Source of the DNA: Phycisphaerales bacterium | GTDB lineage: Bacteria > Planctomycetota > Phycisphaerae > Phycisphaerales > UBA1924 | Direction: 5' to 3' | Length of the DNA: 64,000 nucleotides | Assembly: GCA_038247555.1 (NCBI GenBank) | Contig: JBBRUT010000001.1 | Location: 21,704-85,703, forward strand | In this document: positions 61,101 to 64,000 of the stretch, piece by piece | Position numbering within the stretch: position 1 is the stretch's first letter | Layout: the number at the start of each line of letters is the position of its first letter | Position numbers and translations under genes: made by a program | Notes under the pieces: model-generated | What the model saw: only the letters and a program-made list of their open reading frames with translations | Told to the model about the DNA's origin: nothing | The model's database searches: none

Positions 61101-64000
61101 GGGGAAGCGGGCATGTAGTCGGGGTTGGTGATGGGAACGAAGATGGAACCATCCCAGTCGGCGCCCTGCGACGCGACGCCGTCGATAGCGGCGCCGGAAA
61201 CACCGAGCGGCCCGCCAACATCACCCTGGCGACCGGCGGCAAGGTCCATCCACGGGCCCAACTGGCTCGGGCCTGCACCAGAAGTCTGTGTGCGGCCAAG
61301 GCTGCCGGTGGCGATCCGAACTTCACGAAGCGCGAGCGCATCGATCGCCACGATGTCGCCGTTGGTGGTTTCGTTGCGGATGGTGCTAAGCGGGAGTCCG
61401 TCGGAATCAATCCGCCAGACATCGATCTCCGACACGCCGTTGAAGATGACGCTGGGAGTGTTCGTGTCGGACGTGATGTTGACACGACCCAGGCTCACGA
61501 CGCCGGGGGTCAGTCCGGTGAACACAAGCTGCGCGCCATCAGTCAGGGTTGCGTTGATGCGGGCAAACGCGATGCCCTGCGAACCGTCGACCGGCAGGAC
61601 GCGAATTTCACCGAAGGAGTTGAATCCCGTGGGTCCGCCGCCCCGGAGGTGCACCGTGAAGCTGGCGCCGCCGTCATCGACGAACGTAATCGGAACGTTG
61701 TAGAGCAGCGGCGTGACGATGTCACCATTGCCGCCGTTCTGGATGAGGTTGAAGTCCGCGAACCTCAGATCGGATCCGACACCCATGCGGAAGGTGGGCG
61801 TACCGTCCATGATCGCGCCGCCGGGTACCTCGCTGCCTTGGCCGTTATTGTTCACGCCCACGCGGAACTGATCGATGATCGAGTTGTTGGAAGTCGTAAT
61901 CGTCACGCCCAGTCCGCTGACATAGGCACCGACGAGGATCTGCCCGATGTGACCGGGTTGGCCGGAAACACCGGATCGGATGTTGACGATCTGCCCGCGC
62001 GAGTCGCTGTCAGGGTCCTGGTCAATACCAAGCCCGCCGCGAATGTCGAGGATGCCGATGCGGCGACCGACCCGGATGTTGCCGGTCGTCAGGTCGCCCT
62101 CGGTCACTGCCTGTCCGACGATGGGGGACAGACCGGTGACGAGCGTGCCCAGATCACGGCCGACGAGGATCTCGACGCCGTTGATATCAGAACCGGTGGT
62201 GACGTTGTAGAGGTTGACCGGAACCGAGATCGTCGCCGCGGACAGGTTCAGCAGGTCATCGACACCCTGATTCGTGTTCAGGATGGAGAGCGTGTCGTTC
62301 TCCATGCCCGAGCCGTCGATGTAGCCGGTGCCGACGCGGAGAGAGCCCATCGAACCAGAACCCAGGTTCAGGAAGAACGGATCGCCGAATCCGCCCGAGC
62401 CCGACGCCGTGCGGAGGGCGCCGAGTGTGACGGGCGCCATGCCGGCGACCGTGAAGTTGTAGTCGGTACCGCTGCCGATCCCTCCCGGCTGATTGTTCAC
62501 GACGAGGTAGTACACGTCGGCGTAATCAGGACGGAAACGAATGGTATTGAGGCCGAGGTTGTTGCCCGCAGGGCCGCGGCCTGCGCCGCCAACATCGCTC
62601 GCCGCCACCACGCGTCCATCACGGTCAACGATCCGGTAATAGGCGACGAAGCTGCCGCTCTGAATCACAATCTCGCGTGTGGGATCGGCGGGGAAGGCAA
62701 ATACATCTGTGCCATCGAGCCCGGTATTGACGACATCGCCGCCGCTGATCGAGCCAGAGACGCGGGTTGTCGTTCCGGAGTAGCCGATGAACTCCGCTGA
62801 GAGCAGCGAGTCGTTGCGGAAGAACGCCTCACCAAAGAACGTCTGCTGAGTCCGTGGCGTGGCGTTCTGATTCTGCGTGACGGTCAGCGTGGAGTTGGGC
62901 ATCGCCGGGGCGCCATAGCGATACATCACCTCACGCTCGAAGTAGTCGAGGAAGTTGAGCCGGGCCCGTCCGGGGTTGTTCACATCGCCAAGGACCGTGA
63001 TGTCCAATGCTGACCGGCCGCCGATCGCGATCTCGCGAACGGTGCGGCCAACCACGAGCTGTCCGGCGGTGGGGTTGGTGACCCGGAGGTCCGGATCGAT
63101 AAGAGTGACATCATCCGCCACCCATAGCCCAGCATCGCCGGCGACCTGCAGCAACCCGAGGTCGCCCGCCACATTCACGGATCCAAGAAGGACACCGACG
63201 TTCAACCGATCGAGCGCGCCAGTGAAGTTGCTGGCTCCGTGCAGGATCGCGTGCGCGACGATGGAGCCCATGCTCGCGCCGCCGTTTACGAAGATGCCCT
63301 GATTGCCTCGAATGAAATCATCCGGCTGTGGGAAGGGAACAGGCGCCAAGTAGTTGTTCAGACTGCGGACAAAGGGCGACCCGATGATGAGGGAGCCTGG
63401 CCCGGGGGGCAAACCAATGACCTCGGGCGGGTCGGAGTTATCGAGGGTGTATCCGAAGCCGGAACCTTCAAAGTCATCATAGAGTCCGATGACCGCATCG
63501 GGAATGACATACGTGAACACGCCATCGACCAACTCAACCTTGCCCCCGATGATCGTCATCGAAGTCCGCGCATCCGAGCCGGAGATGATGATCTGGCCGA
63601 TTCCATCGTTGAAGTCCGGAATGCCGTTGTCGTTCCGATCGACAATCGGAGTCTCCGCGCCTTCAGGGACACCCAGATCCAACCGCGCCTGGACCTCGCG
63701 GCCATACAGATCAAGAACTCGAACGCTGGAGCCCACGGGACCGGTGAAGGTCAACCTTGCTCCATAGATACGGTCCTCAACAAAGTCAGCGAAGGTGCCA
63801 CCCGGAAAGGTACCGCTGATGTCATCAAGAACAAAAATGTCCTGGTAGCCTGCGTTGTCCGGGGCGACCTGCGCGCTCGCGAACCGGATCGCATCAAAGC
63901 CCGCGTTGAAACCGATGTTGTACTGCACACCGCCGCCGATGACCGGCGTGCCCAGCGCAGCGAGCGCCGCTCCGATGAATGTCTGCACAACCTGACCGTC
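55196..64000 (-). CDS. Giant secreted repeat protein (>2,930 aa; 5' end outside window)
   Basis: Single open frame from the right window edge to the stop at 55196. The track 'start' at 63988 is a GTG and the frame stays open to base 64000. Hundreds of short Gly/Ile/Ser beta-strand-like repeats (xGxIGSIxV), Asp-rich Ca-binding-like loops (DRNDNGIPDFNDG; DGNGDGQIGDD), and several pre-peptidase-C-terminal-like modules (GGDADVYSVSLRAGQILRL; SPDIDVYHLNGG). Confidence 0.8.
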   Translation of the reverse strand, partial: DGQVVQTFIGAALAALGTPVIGGGVQYNIGFNAGFDAIRFASAQVAPDNAGYQDIFVLDDISGTFPGGTFADFVEDRIYGARLTFTGPVGSSVRVLDLYGREVQARLDLGVPEGAETPIVDRNDNGIPDFNDGIGQIIISGSDARTSMTIIGGKVELVDGVFTYVIPDAVIGLYDDFEGSGFGYTLDNSDPPEVIGLPPGPGSLIIGSPFVRSLNNYLAPVPFPQPDDFIRGNQGIFVNGGASMGSIVAHAILHGASNFTGALDRLNVGVLLGSVNVAGDLGLLQVAGDAGLWVADDVTLIDPDLRVTNPTAGQLVVGRTVREIAIGGRSALDITVLGDVNNPGRARLNFLDYFEREVMYRYGAPAMPNSTLTVTQNQNATPRTQQTFFGEAFFRNDSLLSAEFIGYSGTTTRVSGSISGGDVVNTGLDGTDVFAFPADPTREIVIQSGSFVAYYRIVDRDGRVVAASDVGGAGRGPAGNNLGLNTIRFRPDYADVYYLVVNNQPGGIGSGTDYNFTVAGMAPVTLGALRTASGSGGFGDPFFLNLGSGSMGSLRVGTGYIDGSGMENDTLSILNTNQGVDDLLNLSAATISVPVNLYNVTTGSDINGVEILVGRDLGTLVTGLSPIVGQAVTEGDLTTGNIRVGRRIGILDIRGGLGIDQDPDSDSRGQIVNIRSGVSGQPGHIGQILVGAYVSGLGVTITTSNNSIIDQFRVGVNNNGQGSEVPGGAIMDGTPTFRMGVGSDLRFADFNLIQNGGNGDIVTPLLYNVPITFVDDGGASFTVHLRGGGPTGFNSFGEIRVLPVDGSQGIAFARINATLTDGAQLVFTGLTPGVVSLGRVNITSDTNTPSVIFNGVSEIDVWRIDSDGLPLSTIRNETTNGDIVAIDALALREVRIATGSLGRTQTSGAGPSQLGPWMDLAAGRQGDVGGPLGVSGAAIDGVASQGADWDGSIFVPITNPDYMPASPLEDVGSPIDGWLNGLVVRGGDVQNVDVGGAVGDVLVENGHLLRLVANSDLVAAPNVFEGIFGSVYAVAINVVDVGQGLLGSGPSPFAQAGIFADDDIILVTGTNATIQGTIIAANIGAGARTTIGTENPIGLPNPVFGLNNVSLTNGRFDRAYIAASPLDDFWQSQRVRDVNYFAGVVRLIRGVNTDLFGSFVIGQSIVEVNLTGGAYDATFMTASGSIGTVSADEFRNSTRLGNPGEILPSRIQASINIQSVVTNGLAGDISDLIVDAGGSLFGSVGGRNLARVSILVNNEIFNVIATNDVRSTSITSGSVRNLSAGGDIRSSSINVAGPIIQMIAAGEITLTEIRSNGPDGRIDLVRATGRVQGVLSSSGPIGTIESLNNDVDMRISSTDPSDGRLTRLSAGRDLLVDLQILGNADTIIAGRNIGRRTDGADRALDIRGNLGSITAVNGQIYNDILVGQDITGTVRAARVSATPLNDLVSRGRIIAFGRINAIDIVGDVAGDIISYSGGIGSIVITNGSFRQGYRIFAGDGNIGSITIVGGNLLGNVEADGSIGSISLLVGADGYVGHIGIASAYRANRPFAPSGGQRNQLPPGAVKTSAYDGPSISARTTIGSITVAGTGKIWESRIFAGESIGLISAMRIGNDNLSRGLGSSIAAGDLISRLEFQAVQATTVLAGVVDLGIDGRVGGAGGDYDTVRSGDIGTILVTGKAVNLRISAGVSAAPSGKYGNVNNRTGPGTSSIGSVSVGAGSRAVFAYADGSVGPTTGSIQRNNGSSLAAVDPSLVSNPSVSAVAIPNGAAFNIMLLSGERATVVFSGPGQAFWDRPNGLITLRNTTAGSSLRISALDVTLTNLRVLGNNNAALGTGVVEGTLQGTSAFYLDGALNNATFGTISATGAFGSGGDIQSFRAAAFNTGRLLARDLRALTVTGNFGTTGSDTELTVEALDVGSVTIGGVFAGNFSSDREIDAFTAGSLSRAGVRAGKIIRSINVGTSSESRVSARDAITSINVGGNVDSTAFLAGVDLGTDASFGGTGRAADVVTDGTIGQVIIGGNFTRSDVAAGILRGPDGFLGTSDDRADDGRSSIGSVTIGGAIVGSPFNSQQYRVASTGSVGIVRVGGSNFMSSGNFSVNRLNANPVPVQVEDLQVIEDGRVYVGRITFNQAIDASTLTNALSIFEVRSGGLTIGLAENVDYTIDYEASTMTAVITFSTTITNRDLPALQGVPGPGVYRFVLNAEFLRGASQSSRLDGNGDGQIGDDFSQDDIVGDAGDKINPTNPVSDPSIDFYGAINLNVVLDSNSESDGLPDTNHPFILRGTIGDHPDSNATTFRAGGDADVYSVSLRAGQILRLGGMQGVAQRAGRGIYDAAGTLLAANTGLGTFDPNNPFGGLFGNQTGGATGPIRRLPNAPLAEGELSNEDQYLVAVTGVYYIVVAGNLAGVNLADGNAINNAEPVPGAVGSYRFSIEVFDDGDTGFAGDTDSGDGTELLNAPVPTSFAGSDGVFGTGDDLTSITDGRYTFTLGLGPDGVPNTRDDVIRGTSLDGVVSTRRAGRDRQWGTQDDVVQQVVTSAIGTPGAAGNPTTISPDIDVYHLNGGQPIAPGTRIRAVLRLTETGSNIGLSPILQGRERTGLVFSSLDLLGDTIFGVFEVPASTGFDNARLLAAPSEFLPIGGQDQEIFQTPRNKYGYNANGDFFIEFVVPGAQGITNPVPAPYAIYLQGAIRSDYELSVVTKGRGNVVKVGQNILLETMGGVIDWLEAGDGLSTRIDPYSTSVLGFSGQIGGFAADTYVLNNLVSNLNAMMVAANLNITISTTPAAFEGQPFSTVFLAGNAEPSQFFNDGTFGASERVDAFNVNLQDQSVVFLSSFGVLGNDPSQLGVDNFVAQLTGAVARRIGEMIGLRVEANVGGAAVPTPAMAANSVQNATTVRFVGALRPLSNGFDAISDTNFYIGAQNSLALAQTYIAPRF

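Noticed and set aside
56324-62800. Plus-strand ORFs 56324-58723 (799 aa) and 60980-62800 (606 aa)
   Set aside because: They are antisense to the giant repeat gene. The repetitive GC-rich codons keep the reverse frame open. The translations are Asp/Arg/Gly-rich without structure.
1-64000. CRISPR arrays, rRNA or tRNA genes, transposases, integrases, prophage genes, toxin-antitoxin or recognisable defence genes
   Set aside because: I looked through all intergenic gaps and ORF translations. I found no regularly spaced repeats and no DDE, tyrosine-recombinase, reverse-transcriptase or nuclease signatures.

Overview
High-GC, gene-dense bacterial chromosomal window. I saw no rRNA, tRNA, CRISPR array, transposase, integrase or phage genes. 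An HX9DG/DUF1559 prepilin-like gene, a giant repeat protein and Tat-exported enzymes suggest a Planctomycetota-type lineage (inference only). Bases 1-23013 (minus strand) form one continuous flagellar gene string in Bacillus fla/che-like order: flgB-flgC-fliE-fliF-fliG-fliH-fliI-fliJ-(YlxF/MotE-like)-fliK-flgD-(TIGR02530-like)-flgE-(MotA/ExbB-like orphan)-fliL-fliN-fliO-fliP-fliQ-fliR-flhB-flhA-flhF-flhG. Many junctions are ATGA start/stop overlaps. fliM and cheY are missing from their expected slots. flhG is cut by the window edge and is absent from the ORF track. Directly upstream on the same strand (23078-28566) lies a cassette of TPR membrane protein, FlgN-like protein, soluble histidine kinase and sigma-54 enhancer-binding response regulator. 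A TGGC-N7-TTGC motif sits in the 64-nt spacer before flgB. The remaining genes are an RDD protein, a sugar ABC importer without ATPase, a GH2 beta-mannosidase, a TLC/MFS-like transporter with a C-terminal zinc ribbon, a Tat-signal SDR, asnB, yhhQ, ispF, a thioredoxin-like protein, otsA plus an otsB-GH15 fusion, an orphan nuoB, a YihY-wHTH fusion, an RluB-like protein whose catalytic Asp is replaced by Gly, and a repeat protein of more than 2,930 aa that runs off the right edge. The most unusual non-genic signal is a five-copy palindromic repeat family with core CATCTTGACGCCTTG. Every copy is on the sense strand 5' of a gene, and one copy lies inside the flagellar operon. The long ORFs antisense to real genes are GC-composition artefacts. 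The ORF track accepts ATG, GTG and TTG starts, so several track ORFs carry spurious N-terminal extensions; I trimmed these by hand.
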